Positions 26,828 to 36,928 of a stretch of DNA of 64,000 bases are shown piece by piece (the stretch's first letter is position 1; every line of letters starts with the position of its first letter). The DNA is from a virus (taxonomy: Duplodnaviria > Caudoviricetes): the IMG/VR virus record IMGVR_UViG_3300042691_038938. One strand, given 5' to 3'. Made by a program: the position numbers and the translations under genes. Below the pieces are notes generated by a model. It had not been told where the DNA came from. It did no database searches and saw only the letters and a list, made by a program, of their open reading frames with translations.

Positions 26828-28804
26828 TTAGTCTTTAAAAAATTTTCCTTTAATATTTTTCATTTTTTGTAAAGCTTCTAGGTCAAAGACGTGTGGAGAC
26901 CTATTCAGGGCAGTCTCTGCACCCTTTTCAGTGGAGTTCATTCCTCTAAGAGCATCGTAATCATAGAGAGGCTTGCTCTGTCCAGACCTAAAGAGATTAA
27001 AGATCTTTTCCTCAACCTCTTTGTGATATTCAGGCGACATCGCTTCATACGTAAGAGTAGCTAGATCCCAGTATTGAGACGAATCAAAGAAAGGAGTTAG
27101 ATTGACGCTAGTCATTGCCAAGTCATCGTTTCCGTTTTGTCCGCGATAAGTTCCTCCCTTAGATTTACCAAAGGACATGAGCTCCATGATGGTGAGGTAA
27201 TCCGTAGGTATGATCTTATTGATGGAGATCCAATACTTAAATTTTTCACAATATCTTATTTTATTAGTCGGCCCTAACCTGAGTCCAGGCTTGGGATGCA
27301 CCGCCATTTCAGTGTGCTTAGTGTGCACCAATTGTGAAGTCCAATAGTCTTCGTTATCCATTAGACGATTGTTGATGATCTCTCCCTTGTGATTCATTTC
27401 CAAGACTATTCTGACTTTGTCTGGATTGAATATTCGATACGTGATGTATTCGACTGCTGCAGCGAATTGGTTTATGTCAATCTCGTTCGATCTTAAGTGT
27501 CCTATCTGCACCAGTGAGACTGTGTCTAGTTCGCTTCGAATCGCGTCTTTTTTCTTTAATAGCTCCCTTACTGGCATCGCGACCACCTTGTAGATGTTTA
27601 GCACTGAGTAATCTCCGCCCACTCCATCTGCAGTATCTATTGAAAACACATAATATGCAGGATCAGTCTTAAAGTCATGAATAGATCTCTTCGCATAGTT
27701 TGGGTGTAACGTAAAATAATCGTTTATGTATGCCTGATCCTCTCCCAGCACGAATCGCGAGTTCTCATAATTACATTTGATATTATAGAGCCTCTTTAAC
27801 TCATTGGAGTTTAATAAGAGCTGATCTGAAGAGAAGAATTGAAGACCGTATTCTTGATTAAAATCTTCAACTGATCCAAGATTAGCAATTACTTTTTGTT
27901 TCCATTCCTCGTCTCTACCTGCAATCTGCCACCAATCAACTCTTAGCGGAACGTAGTCGCTCTCACTGGCTATCGCATCTGCCCAAATATCATAGAACTT
28001 ATTCTTTCCGTTTGGAGTTGAAGTAATGATCGCTTTCGCCTCAGGGTCAGCAGTGATTGTTGGAAGTATTGCCTTATAGAAGTCATTTAGGTTAGACTCG
28101 TTAATGTGGGCAAACTCATCCATGTAGAGCAAGTTTACTGAGAGACCGATACCTGACTTTTTAGTAGTTGTTCGGGCAACTACTCTACTGTCGTTATCGA
28201 ACTTAATGTTTCCGCTATTGATGTGTTTAATTCCTGGTTTCATAAAGAATGGTAATCCATCTAGTCCTATACGAAACTTATCAATAAGTTCTCGAGTCGT
28301 GGTAAAATTATCAGCAACAATTAGTGCAGTCTTCTCTGAATGGAATAAGAGGAACCAGAGAATAAAGATCGCAGAGGTCACTGACTTTCCAGTCTGTCTA
28401 CTTGCCATAAGAATATTGAACTTATTAGCCTTAAATGACTGGAGAATCTCCTCTTGGAAGTCTCTTAGTCCTCCAGCATCCTTTACTAGTTGAATTCCAT
28501 CACCAGTCTGTATGTTACAGTAATTCCAAGCAAAATATAGAAGATCTAATTTACATTTTTTAAGCTCTTCCCACTCCTCTGGTGTGTATTCAAAGGGCAG
28601 GTTTGCCCTCTTTAGATTTATGTCATTGTCTTTGAATGGAGAGTTGTGTAAACCCTTGATATCCATACCATTATCGATCTCTTCTAAGAGCTTGTTTATT
28701 CTCTCAGTCGTCCATATCGAGGTGTTAGTATCATCAGATGCACCAGAAAGACCCGACACTCTTCTGGGCGTGAACGCCCCACGACTTGACATAATATCTT
28801 TCAT
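26828..28804 (-). CDS. terL: terminase large subunit (T4 gp17-like)
   Basis: Walker A ASRQTGKS, Walker B LYMDEFA, TSTPNG, FNQEY, nuclease DTADGVGGDYS and NDDLAM. Confidence 0.96.
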   Translation of the reverse strand: MKDIMSSRGAFTPRRVSGLSGASDDTNTSIWTTERINKLLEEIDNGMDIKGLHNSPFKDNDINLKRANLPFEYTPEEWEELKKCKLDLLYFAWNYCNIQTGDGIQLVKDAGGLRDFQEEILQSFKANKFNILMASRQTGKSVTSAIFILWFLLFHSEKTALIVADNFTTTRELIDKFRIGLDGLPFFMKPGIKHINSGNIKFDNDSRVVARTTTKKSGIGLSVNLLYMDEFAHINESNLNDFYKAILPTITADPEAKAIITSTPNGKNKFYDIWADAIASESDYVPLRVDWWQIAGRDEEWKQKVIANLGSVEDFNQEYGLQFFSSDQLLLNSNELKRLYNIKCNYENSRFVLGEDQAYINDYFTLHPNYAKRSIHDFKTDPAYYVFSIDTADGVGGDYSVLNIYKVVAMPVRELLKKKDAIRSELDTVSLVQIGHLRSNEIDINQFAAAVEYITYRIFNPDKVRIVLEMNHKGEIINNRLMDNEDYWTSQLVHTKHTEMAVHPKPGLRLGPTNKIRYCEKFKYWISINKIIPTDYLTIMELMSFGKSKGGTYRGQNGNDDLAMTSVNLTPFFDSSQYWDLATLTYEAMSPEYHKEVEEKIFNLFRSGQSKPLYDYDALRGMNSTEKGAETALNRSPHVFDLEALQKMKNIKGKFFKD

Positions 28805-28808
28805 GTGA

Positions 28809-29540
28809 TTAAATTATTTCAGTTAAGTCAATAAAATCATCCGGTGCCTCATCGTCCCCAAATTCGATGTTTCTTTCACGCATTAGTTCTGATTTCTTGC
28901 TAGGATCCGTTAGTTCTCCAGGGCGGTGTCCATCGCCTTTAGTATTTGCAGGTAAGCTCTTAATCACGTTCTTTGTTCCGACCGTAATAAAGAACTGTCC
29001 CTCTTCTGGACTTGATCCAACTATGTCTGATTCAGGATTGACTGACGGTTTTGAATTTAAAGATCGATATGTGTCTTCTAAAAAGAGGACATAGTTTGCC
29101 TGCATCTTTGTGATGGATGCCATCTTATCCTGTAACTGTCCCATTACCTCAATCAAACGAGGGTGAGTGTTTCCAGAAGTTATCTCTTCCATCACCTTGA
29201 TGATGGTGATCTTGATAGTCTTTAGCTGGAAGAAAAGGTTTGAGATATTGATAGTATCTAGCTCCTTTTTGTGTTTAGCATAGTCGTTCTCCTCAAAGAC
29301 TCCAATATCTACGAAATTCTTAAATAGTGAATCAGTTATCTCACGAGCCTTTTTAGTGAACTGATTGCTCATGTCTTCAAAATCATATGGGCTCTCAGGT
29401 CGAGTCTTTTGCGAGATCTCATTATCTACAACCATGTCATCGTGAGTCTCAGTACCTATGCTCTGTAGGAGAGAGCTTATCTCATCCCTTAGGTGGGCAC
29501 GATTTTCTCGGCTCATGCCGGATTTTTTACCTGCAGACAT
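28809..29540 (-). CDS. terminase small subunit-like (gp16-like)
   Basis: HPRLIEVMGQL resembles the HPRayEVagQL motif of T4-like small terminases; directly upstream of terL. Confidence 0.6.
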   Translation of the reverse strand: MSAGKKSGMSRENRAHLRDEISSLLQSIGTETHDDMVVDNEISQKTRPESPYDFEDMSNQFTKKAREITDSLFKNFVDIGVFEENDYAKHKKELDTINISNLFFQLKTIKITIIKVMEEITSGNTHPRLIEVMGQLQDKMASITKMQANYVLFLEDTYRSLNSKPSVNPESDIVGSSPEEGQFFITVGTKNVIKSLPANTKGDGHRPGELTDPSKKSELMRERNIEFGDDEAPDDFIDLTEII

Positions 29541-29541
29541 A

Positions 29542-29787
29542 TTAACGAATTTTAGTTTCGTACTTTTCTAGAGCTGGGTTCGCGTGGATCTTGATCTGTT
29601 TTACTGACTCAACCCATTCATAAACGACCTTCTCTACTTGCTCTAAAAAGTAGTCCAACGTCTCGTTTGCACCAAACATCTGGGAGGAAAGAGTCCTCTT
29701 AAGAATTTGACCCTTATAATTGAATCCCAAGTTTTTGCGATTCTCTCGTCTTTCGTATATCGGTCGATATATGCTATCTTTTACCAT
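29542..29787 (-). CDS. small hypothetical baseplate-associated protein
   Basis: 81 aa, between the gp6-like and terminase genes. Confidence 0.6.
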   Translation of the reverse strand: MVKDSIYRPIYERRENRKNLGFNYKGQILKRTLSSQMFGANETLDYFLEQVEKVVYEWVESVKQIKIHANPALEKYETKIR

Positions 29788-29793
29788 ATTAAA

Positions 29794-31452
29794 TCATTTT
29801 TTAGGTCTTGCTACAATGTCTTTTATCTGGATGTTTACCGGTCCGAGTGCATCCTCGGTGATTCCAGTAGAGTAAACGTTTCCGTATCTATCGCTAAATC
29901 CTCCTCGAATTATTGGAAGTTCCTGAACGTCCACTATTATGTCATTAAACTCGTCGACTCCAACGTCTGGTGCGCTTGGGTTAGCTATTTTTGCAACCTC
30001 ATTCTTTCGACAGACAATGTTTACAGAGACTGAATCGACTCCGTTCACCTCCTCAATGAGCTTTATTAAGTCACTCTTTGGAATTCTAGTGAGTCGTGTG
30101 TTCTGAATGAAATAGTCTCCGAGCCCATTGAGAATGTCTCTCTTGATGATTTCTGTCGAGACGTCATCGAACACGATTATTGAAGTATTGATCACGTATT
30201 CGCTAGGAATCGGGTCGACTATTCTAATGTCAGTTGAGATCAGCTTGGATCCAGACTTTTCGATGTATGCAAGAAGCTGATTTTTCTGATAGTCTGTGAG
30301 TATGAATCTCTCGATTGCAGCACTAAAATAGTCCTGTGCGGTGCTGAAGGTCTTTCGGATATCAGGGATTAGGAATAGGTTTAGTATTCGGCTATCCACT
30401 TCATCGAGATAGACGTTGATTATGGAGAAGAGCTTTAGCTTTCTAAGCACGCTCTCATAGTGATCAACATTGACTAGGGCAAAACTCTTTGATTGTTTTG
30501 GCGCGATTAGTCGAGTAAGCTTAGAGTCTTCAGAGTTTGCTCCAAAGAAAGGAGGATTCGTTGTTGTGATCTCTATGTACTTGTTTAGATCGATCTCGTC
30601 TCCTAGAATACTAAAACCTGTATCAATGAATTCAAACAGTATCGCAGCCTTGTCTTGAGTCTGAATGTTCCCGTTTGCACCCTCAGTGATAAGATACTCA
30701 ACATCAATATCGGCTCCACGGGTAGGAATCTTTCCATAACTTCCATTTCCAAAATAGATATCTAATCCGCTGGTGATCCCAGTCTTAGCGATAAATCCTT
30801 TTTCTCCCCTAGGCATGTCTAGGATAGAATTATACTTGGTCCATTTTTCACCATTAACATAGACGTTCACTAAGAAGTTATCCATGTAAAAGTTTTGAGG
30901 GCTACCTATTGAGAAGCTTTCAATCGGTTCGCCCTTAGCCGTCACTCTCTGGTTTTCAACGATCCCTTGACGAATTCCGATTTTGATCCCGTTATTCGAT
31001 CCATTGAAGGAGAATTTTATCTCGTCCTGAGGAAGGTCTAACACATAGATGAGTCCATTTCTCTTGCATCTTAGCTTAGTAAGGTTTGGAATGATCACAA
31101 GATCAGTGTCAGGTGGCTCCATTCCTGCAATAGTGGATAGGCTAATCTCCCCGACCGCCGAGACTGCTCGGCTTGGGTTATGGCCGGTAAGAGAAGCCAA
31201 TGAGTAGACTGAGGTCAAGCGTGTCGCTTCATTTATGTTAAGCTCGGTGATGGAGTCCTCAATGTAATAAAATACCAATTGAGTAAGGTTTTCAACCACC
31301 AGCAATAACTGTCCAAATGGAGAGGCTGACGTGAATACTGCTTTACTCTGACCGTACTTTAGGGTCAGGTAATTTATGGTGTCTCTTAATATGTCTTCAA
31401 CAAAAAAACTTAGAGTCTTAAAGATCTTGTAGTTATCTACAACTTTAGCCAT
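29794..31452 (-). CDS. baseplate wedge subunit (T4 gp6 / baseplate J-like)
   Basis: SPFGQLL..VFYYIEDS, SVYSLASLTG.NPSR, Y.ITEGANGN, LIAPK.S..ALV..DHYE. Confidence 0.8.
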   Translation of the reverse strand: MAKVVDNYKIFKTLSFFVEDILRDTINYLTLKYGQSKAVFTSASPFGQLLLVVENLTQLVFYYIEDSITELNINEATRLTSVYSLASLTGHNPSRAVSAVGEISLSTIAGMEPPDTDLVIIPNLTKLRCKRNGLIYVLDLPQDEIKFSFNGSNNGIKIGIRQGIVENQRVTAKGEPIESFSIGSPQNFYMDNFLVNVYVNGEKWTKYNSILDMPRGEKGFIAKTGITSGLDIYFGNGSYGKIPTRGADIDVEYLITEGANGNIQTQDKAAILFEFIDTGFSILGDEIDLNKYIEITTTNPPFFGANSEDSKLTRLIAPKQSKSFALVNVDHYESVLRKLKLFSIINVYLDEVDSRILNLFLIPDIRKTFSTAQDYFSAAIERFILTDYQKNQLLAYIEKSGSKLISTDIRIVDPIPSEYVINTSIIVFDDVSTEIIKRDILNGLGDYFIQNTRLTRIPKSDLIKLIEEVNGVDSVSVNIVCRKNEVAKIANPSAPDVGVDEFNDIIVDVQELPIIRGGFSDRYGNVYSTGITEDALGPVNIQIKDIVARPKK

Positions 31453-31462
31453 TATTCGAATC

Positions 31463-31549
31463 TATTTATTTTATTTATTCATTTTTTGGCTGGGCTAGCC
31501 TATTGATCTAATACTTCGTTGTGTCTAAAAGGATTCGATTAGATAAATA
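31463..31549. promoter_or_regulatory. divergent late promoters (AATAAATA twice on minus; GATAAATA on plus at 31542..31549)
   Basis: Motifs 11 nt before 31452 (-) and 18 nt before 31567 (+). Confidence 0.6.
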
Positions 31550-31566
31550 GAATAAAGATTGCTAAG

Positions 31567-32886
31567 ATGTTTAAGTCCCTGGACAAGAAAGACATATATG
31601 ATAATTCAAGCATTGGGTTCTGCTTTGAGTTCTTTTCTCCGATGAGAAAGATGGACGCTGCAGCAAAGATTGCAAGAGCACTGGGTAAAAAAGTAAAGTG
31701 GTTTAGCACAATTGATCCTAAGTTTGAAGCGACTAATGAGACTTTTTCTCTATCACCTACCTATTCGAACGGCTATAAGGAAATGAGACTCTCAACGGGA
31801 ATGCTTCCTTATCAAGAAGGTCTTCACATGTTCTTAAAGATCTCAAACATCATAGAAGCAGTCGGCTTTACCACAGATAGATGCAGAGTAACGACCAGAA
31901 TCAAGATAAATGAGACTGCTTTGAGTTTACCGGTAAGAATGGACAAGTTGAATAGGGTGAAATATCTCTTGGGATTGAACGAAAAAAGGCTATTTGAATT
32001 ATGGCCACAGCCAGAGAATGACCGACGTCTAGTTTATCAGAATCAGATAAATTTCATCAGACCTAAGCGACTCTATGAGACGATCTTTTCTCCAAACGTT
32101 GTGAAAAGAGCAAACCTGATGGATCTTAGCATACCAGAATCTGATTTTTTCGGAAATGATTTTTCTGAGATCGGTAGAGGAAAGCTCAAGATCAATTACA
32201 TAGGAGGAAAGGATTACACTAAAAAGAAGAAAGAAGCGGTTGAGGCAATCAACCTAGTCATAGATCACCTTTATGAGACTCTTAAAAATAACTATGATTA
32301 CACTAATCAGGAGGACATTCGCATCTCTGGAATAGTGAATGAATTCAAGAGCGCTATTGATTCTACTAGAAATCCTCTTACCTTTAAATCTTCTTACCCA
32401 AACATCGGGCTGTATGTTGACCTTAAGTCAGACAAGTATTCAGTAGAGGCAGGGTATCCTCAGATCAGGGAAAAGGTATACCAATTGGTGGTAGGCGGAG
32501 GAATCACAGAAGGTCACATAAATTACGATACATACAGGGGCACCATTCAAGTAAAGGGAGCAAAGCTAAAAAGAAGTATTGTCTTGGAGGGAGTGGAATT
32601 CTTTGATTGCGAGATCGAAGGAGACATTAAAGGCTGCCTTCTCGATAGATGTATAATTAGAAACTCCAAGCTCACTGAGTGCTCCATCCATTACAGTAAC
32701 CTAATCAAGTTCTCAAAGGTACTAGACTGTGACTATTTAGGAGAGTCAAATGAGATCATATCTAGCTTCTTGGATAACTCCATAGATAAGCCGATAACTG
32801 GCAATCTTAAGGAATGCGTGATAAATAGGGGAAAGCTTTCTCTTTCCTGTAAGATGGACGACTCTACTAAAATTATTCAACCATAA
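31567..32886 (+). CDS. degenerate amidoligase-like (COOH-NH2 ligase fold) protein with C-terminal beta-helix repeats
   Basis: IGFCFEF ~ GxExE, MRLSTGMLPY ~ ELvTgPlpy, TDRCRVT ~ CsiH, INYIGGKDY ~ EFRYIGG; C-terminal pentapeptide-like C/I/S repeats. Confidence 0.55.
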   Translation: MFKSLDKKDIYDNSSIGFCFEFFSPMRKMDAAAKIARALGKKVKWFSTIDPKFEATNETFSLSPTYSNGYKEMRLSTGMLPYQEGLHMFLKISNIIEAVGFTTDRCRVTTRIKINETALSLPVRMDKLNRVKYLLGLNEKRLFELWPQPENDRRLVYQNQINFIRPKRLYETIFSPNVVKRANLMDLSIPESDFFGNDFSEIGRGKLKINYIGGKDYTKKKKEAVEAINLVIDHLYETLKNNYDYTNQEDIRISGIVNEFKSAIDSTRNPLTFKSSYPNIGLYVDLKSDKYSVEAGYPQIREKVYQLVVGGGITEGHINYDTYRGTIQVKGAKLKRSIVLEGVEFFDCEIEGDIKGCLLDRCIIRNSKLTECSIHYSNLIKFSKVLDCDYLGESNEIISSFLDNSIDKPITGNLKECVINRGKLSLSCKMDDSTKIIQP

Positions 32887-32917
32887 ATAAGTATAATGTC
32901 TGGTGCTTGTTTTGCAA

Positions 32918-32925
32918 GATAAATA
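32918..32925 (+). promoter_or_regulatory. late promoter-like GATAAATA
   Basis: 23 nt upstream of the 32948 start. Confidence 0.6.
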
Positions 32926-32947
32926 AACAAAATAAGCTGATACTAGG

Positions 32948-34372
32948 ATGGCCGTCTATAATAATTTAAAGGCGATACGACGATTAACTAATTCAAGTTT
33001 AACATCAATCATTGATATAACTAACCTAAATTTTAGGAGTCTTTCTGACGCAAATTTAGAGTTTCTTAATAATATCAGTTACGATGAGACTTTGAATGCC
33101 TTCACTCTTTATGAAGGTAACTTTGATTTCGTAAATATCACCGACACACTTAGTCTAAAATTGGACGGGATTCCGACCTTTACTATCGACTCTTTGGGTA
33201 GGGCTGAGGGCCAAGAGCTCTTGGTTAAAGTTGCCGAGACTAAGAGATTACGACTGACTGATTTTCCTGACTGGCCGACTGTCGGCGTTCCTGGTGAGAT
33301 AATTTACACAGGCATTCAAAACCAAAGACCCGAATTTGGCGAAGATTTTATCGGTTACTTACAAGGAAGAGGCTGGGTGAGCTTGACTGATAGTCAAGGC
33401 ACTGGCTATCTTATTCTTACTTTATTAGAAGGAAGTCCACCAGTTCCTCCGTGTCCTGGTGCAAATAAAGCGACGATATGGGTAGGACCTCCAGGATACG
33501 CCACTAACTCAGTCCCTACAAGTCAAACTATTTATTTCACTGATGAGAACTGTGATGTCTATGACTTGATGTCTGGAGGAGGCGGCGGTTCAGGTAGCTG
33601 CGGATATTTCACGATCGACAACTTTACAGCGAACGTACCTCAAACGATCAACCATAACTTAGGTACACAAAACGTGCAGGTTCAGACGATAAGAACTGAC
33701 ACTGGAGAATTAGTTGATGCCTTTGTAAATAACTACCTTAGCAACAGCGTAGACATCACCTTTTCCCAGACTATTGCTGCTGTTCGAGTTGTTGTGATTA
33801 GTGCAGAATGTGGAGGAGGCGGCGGAGCGGTTGAGGTTCTTCAAGACGGTACACAAGTAGTCGCGGCAGCGACCGCGATAAACATAGTCGGTCTTGGAAT
33901 AGAGGCAACTACTTCTACTCCAGGTCAAGCAGACATCTCAATAAAACAGGGAAATAAGAAATACATTGCTCCTAGTGAGACTTTGACAATTGATGCAGAT
34001 TATCAGTACATGATCTATGGAAACTTTACGGTTGAAGGAGTAGTCGACAATAGTGGAGAGGTTGTGATCATGAACGGAACTCTTAGTATACTCCCAGGAG
34101 GACAGTTCAATAACTTGGGTCTAGGGACGTTAACGATCGTTAACCTTGCGACTGGAGATTCATTCTTAGGAGCAGTAAAACAATTTACGTCCACTGCATT
34201 GGTACCAGTCAACATTTCTCACAACTTAGGTACTTCCAACTTTGTGTTTAATGCATACGATAGCGGAAGCCTTATCGATATCGATTACACGATAATTGAC
34301 AGTAATACCATTCAAGTGACGACTACTGGAAACGTTAGTGCTGGAGTGATGATATTCCAGGCAAAAATATAA
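32948..34372 (+). CDS. virion structural or fibre-associated protein
   Basis: Modular beta-rich protein with Gly linkers and two HNLGT modules. Confidence 0.65.
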   Translation: MAVYNNLKAIRRLTNSSLTSIIDITNLNFRSLSDANLEFLNNISYDETLNAFTLYEGNFDFVNITDTLSLKLDGIPTFTIDSLGRAEGQELLVKVAETKRLRLTDFPDWPTVGVPGEIIYTGIQNQRPEFGEDFIGYLQGRGWVSLTDSQGTGYLILTLLEGSPPVPPCPGANKATIWVGPPGYATNSVPTSQTIYFTDENCDVYDLMSGGGGGSGSCGYFTIDNFTANVPQTINHNLGTQNVQVQTIRTDTGELVDAFVNNYLSNSVDITFSQTIAAVRVVVISAECGGGGGAVEVLQDGTQVVAAATAINIVGLGIEATTSTPGQADISIKQGNKKYIAPSETLTIDADYQYMIYGNFTVEGVVDNSGEVVIMNGTLSILPGGQFNNLGLGTLTIVNLATGDSFLGAVKQFTSTALVPVNISHNLGTSNFVFNAYDSGSLIDIDYTIIDSNTIQVTTTGNVSAGVMIFQAKI

Positions 34373-34380
34373 TTAAGTAA

Positions 34381-36912
34381 ATGGCATCAAAGAAAGTTTA
34401 TTCAGATCTATATGCAGACGGCGAGATAACTGGAAAGAAGATCACAGTTGATGGAGAGTATTCCTTGCCTCTAACTGACGGATTAGCTGGCCAGCTCATT
34501 TCGACTGATGGAGTGGGAAACCTTTCATTCGTTAACATCTCATCTCTAGGTTTGCTTAATCCTTCTAGCATAGTAAACGGCACAGGATTAACGTGGACTC
34601 AGATCTCTCCGGGAATATTACGAGGCGACGTTAGTCTTTCTCCATTTAGCACGACTAACCTAGTTGAGGGAAGTCGTCTCTACTTTACTAACGAAAGAGT
34701 TGACGACCGAGTCAATGCTCTACTTCTTGCTGGGACTGGAATTACTAAGTCATACAATGATGGAGCAGACTCCCTGACTCTAGGAGTCACGCTAGTACCA
34801 TTTAGCACTACTGATCTTGTAGAAGGGTCTAGGCTCTATTTCACGAACGAGAGAGTGGACGATAGAGTTGCAGCATTAATTCAAAACTCAGCGTCTGTTA
34901 CCTGGACCTATAACGATTCCCTAAACACCCTAACTGCAGAGGCGGTGACCTCGCCTCTACAGATTGAAAAGGACGGAGTCTTAGTGGCAGCTAGAGGAAA
35001 GGTCGACTTTATAACTGGATCGAACTCAACACTTACTGTGCTAGACGACGTGATAAACAGTAAAGTAACGGTACAAATTGACTCAAACGTTGGAGCGCTA
35101 GATGACTTATCTGATGTCACTATCCTTTCTCCAAATCCAGGAGAAGTACTAGCATATGTTGGTCCAGACTGGCAAAATGTACCAAATCCAGCAGTCATTC
35201 AAGTGGGCGCAGGAACAGGGTCCAGTATTAGAATCAATAATCTTAATACTGCAAGCGGACCTTATTCAACTGTGAGTGGCGGATACTTAAATACTGCATC
35301 TGCATACTATTCGACAGTCGGCGGAGGGTTAGGTAACACAGCAAGCGGCTATCAATCAGCAGTTGCTGGAGGAAACTCAAACATTTCTAACGGAAACGAA
35401 AGCTTTGTCGGAGGAGGATTATGTAATACCGCAAGCTCAGATTGCTCAACAGTAAGTGGAGGTCAGTCAAACTCGGCAACTGCCTGTTGGTCAGCGGTCA
35501 GTGGAGGATGCGGCAATACTTCATCTGGATATGGATCATTCATCGGCAGTGGCTGTTGTAATACTAGCTCAGGAAATTACTCAGTAATCAGCGGAGGAAG
35601 AATCAACACTTCAAGTTCATACGGTTCAGCCGTCGGTGGAGGATACTTAAATACGGCATTGGGTGCACAGTCAACGATTAGTGGAGGATATTGTAACACA
35701 GCGTCTGGAGCGTTTTCAGTAGTCGATGGAGGCTGTTGTAACACAGCATCAGATTGCTTTTCAACAGTCGGTGGAGGAAGATATAATACTTCATCTGGAT
35801 GCTATTCAGTTATCACCGGAGGAACTTGCAATCTATCTAGTGGATTTTTCTCAGCGTTGGCTGGAGGATTCTGCAATACTTCATCCTGTAGTGGATCATT
35901 CATTGGTGCAGGATATTGTAATACTAGTTCAGGAAATTACTCAGTAATTGGTGGAGGTTACATAAACCTATCTTCAGGAACAGATTCAGTGATCGGCGGA
36001 GGATTTAGAAATATTTCATCATGTAATAGATCAACGATTAGTGGAGGTTATTGCAACATAGCAAATGCAGATTGTTCAACAATAGGTGGAGGAAAAGTTA
36101 ACACAGTGACCGGCCTGAATTCAGCAATACTTGGTGGTAGAAATAACACAGCATCAAATACTGATTCAACAGTAGGTGGAGGATTCATGAACGTTGCTAG
36201 CGGATACGGCTCAGCTGTTCTTGGAGGATATTGTAACACAATGTCAAACTTTAACTCTGGTGCATTTGGCTGTAACATTACCTCAGTATGTGATAATACC
36301 TTTCATGCTAATTACTTGAACCTATACAACACACCAGAGTCAGCGACTTCAAACACCGCATCGCTAGTAAGAGACACTGTGACTGGCCAAGTAAAAGTTA
36401 GATATCAGGGAGGGATCTTTGCACAGACCACTTCAAGCACGCCGATAACTGGAACGATTACTGAAACCTCGGTGATCTCAACTGGTGTTGGGACTCTTAC
36501 TGTACCTGCGAATGGCTTCGCGGTCGGCGACAGCTTTGGAGTTTCAGTCGGGGGAGTGATCTCGTCGGCAAATGGTGAGACTGTTAGAATTAGAATAAAA
36601 TCAGGCTCAGTATTACTTGCAGACACCGGCACAGTATCTCTACCCGCACTATCCGGTAGATTTTGGTCCCTACAAGTACAGTTTACAATAAGAGCCATTG
36701 GAGCAGCAGGAGTTGCTTCCATCGCGGCAAACGGAATGTTTTCATTCTCTTCTTCTGGATTCGACATACTTGGCGCTGACTTGGGAGGAGTTGAAAACAC
36801 TCTCTTTGATACTACTGCCTCAAACACGCTAACGGTTACTGCCCAATGGGGATCGACGAACGCGACGAATAACATCTATTCTAACATATTTGTCGTAAAC
36901 AAGAACTATTAA
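34381..36912 (+). CDS. tail fibre/adhesin with about 23 Cys-rich 15-aa repeats
   Basis: xxNTASGxxSxVxGG repeats, a duplicated 52-aa unit and a C-terminal beta domain. Confidence 0.8.
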   Translation: MASKKVYSDLYADGEITGKKITVDGEYSLPLTDGLAGQLISTDGVGNLSFVNISSLGLLNPSSIVNGTGLTWTQISPGILRGDVSLSPFSTTNLVEGSRLYFTNERVDDRVNALLLAGTGITKSYNDGADSLTLGVTLVPFSTTDLVEGSRLYFTNERVDDRVAALIQNSASVTWTYNDSLNTLTAEAVTSPLQIEKDGVLVAARGKVDFITGSNSTLTVLDDVINSKVTVQIDSNVGALDDLSDVTILSPNPGEVLAYVGPDWQNVPNPAVIQVGAGTGSSIRINNLNTASGPYSTVSGGYLNTASAYYSTVGGGLGNTASGYQSAVAGGNSNISNGNESFVGGGLCNTASSDCSTVSGGQSNSATACWSAVSGGCGNTSSGYGSFIGSGCCNTSSGNYSVISGGRINTSSSYGSAVGGGYLNTALGAQSTISGGYCNTASGAFSVVDGGCCNTASDCFSTVGGGRYNTSSGCYSVITGGTCNLSSGFFSALAGGFCNTSSCSGSFIGAGYCNTSSGNYSVIGGGYINLSSGTDSVIGGGFRNISSCNRSTISGGYCNIANADCSTIGGGKVNTVTGLNSAILGGRNNTASNTDSTVGGGFMNVASGYGSAVLGGYCNTMSNFNSGAFGCNITSVCDNTFHANYLNLYNTPESATSNTASLVRDTVTGQVKVRYQGGIFAQTTSSTPITGTITETSVISTGVGTLTVPANGFAVGDSFGVSVGGVISSANGETVRIRIKSGSVLLADTGTVSLPALSGRFWSLQVQFTIRAIGAAGVASIAANGMFSFSSSGFDILGADLGGVENTLFDTTASNTLTVTAQWGSTNATNNIYSNIFVVNKNY
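34642..34870 (+). repeat. duplicated 156-nt (52-aa) unit PFSTT.LVEGSRLYFTNERVDDRV
   Basis: Copies start at 34642 and 34798; near-identical protein with mostly synonymous DNA differences. Confidence 0.85.
35236..36273 (+). repeat. 45-nt coding tandem repeat (about 23 units)
   Basis: 15-aa periodicity; two similar units at 35521 and 35881 are 360 nt (8 units) apart. Confidence 0.85.
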
Positions 36913-36928
36913 AAAGAATATAACTTAG

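Noticed and set aside
26828-28804. Intein or intron in terL
   Set aside because: Motifs are colinear, the length is ordinary, and no splicing or homing endonuclease motif is visible.
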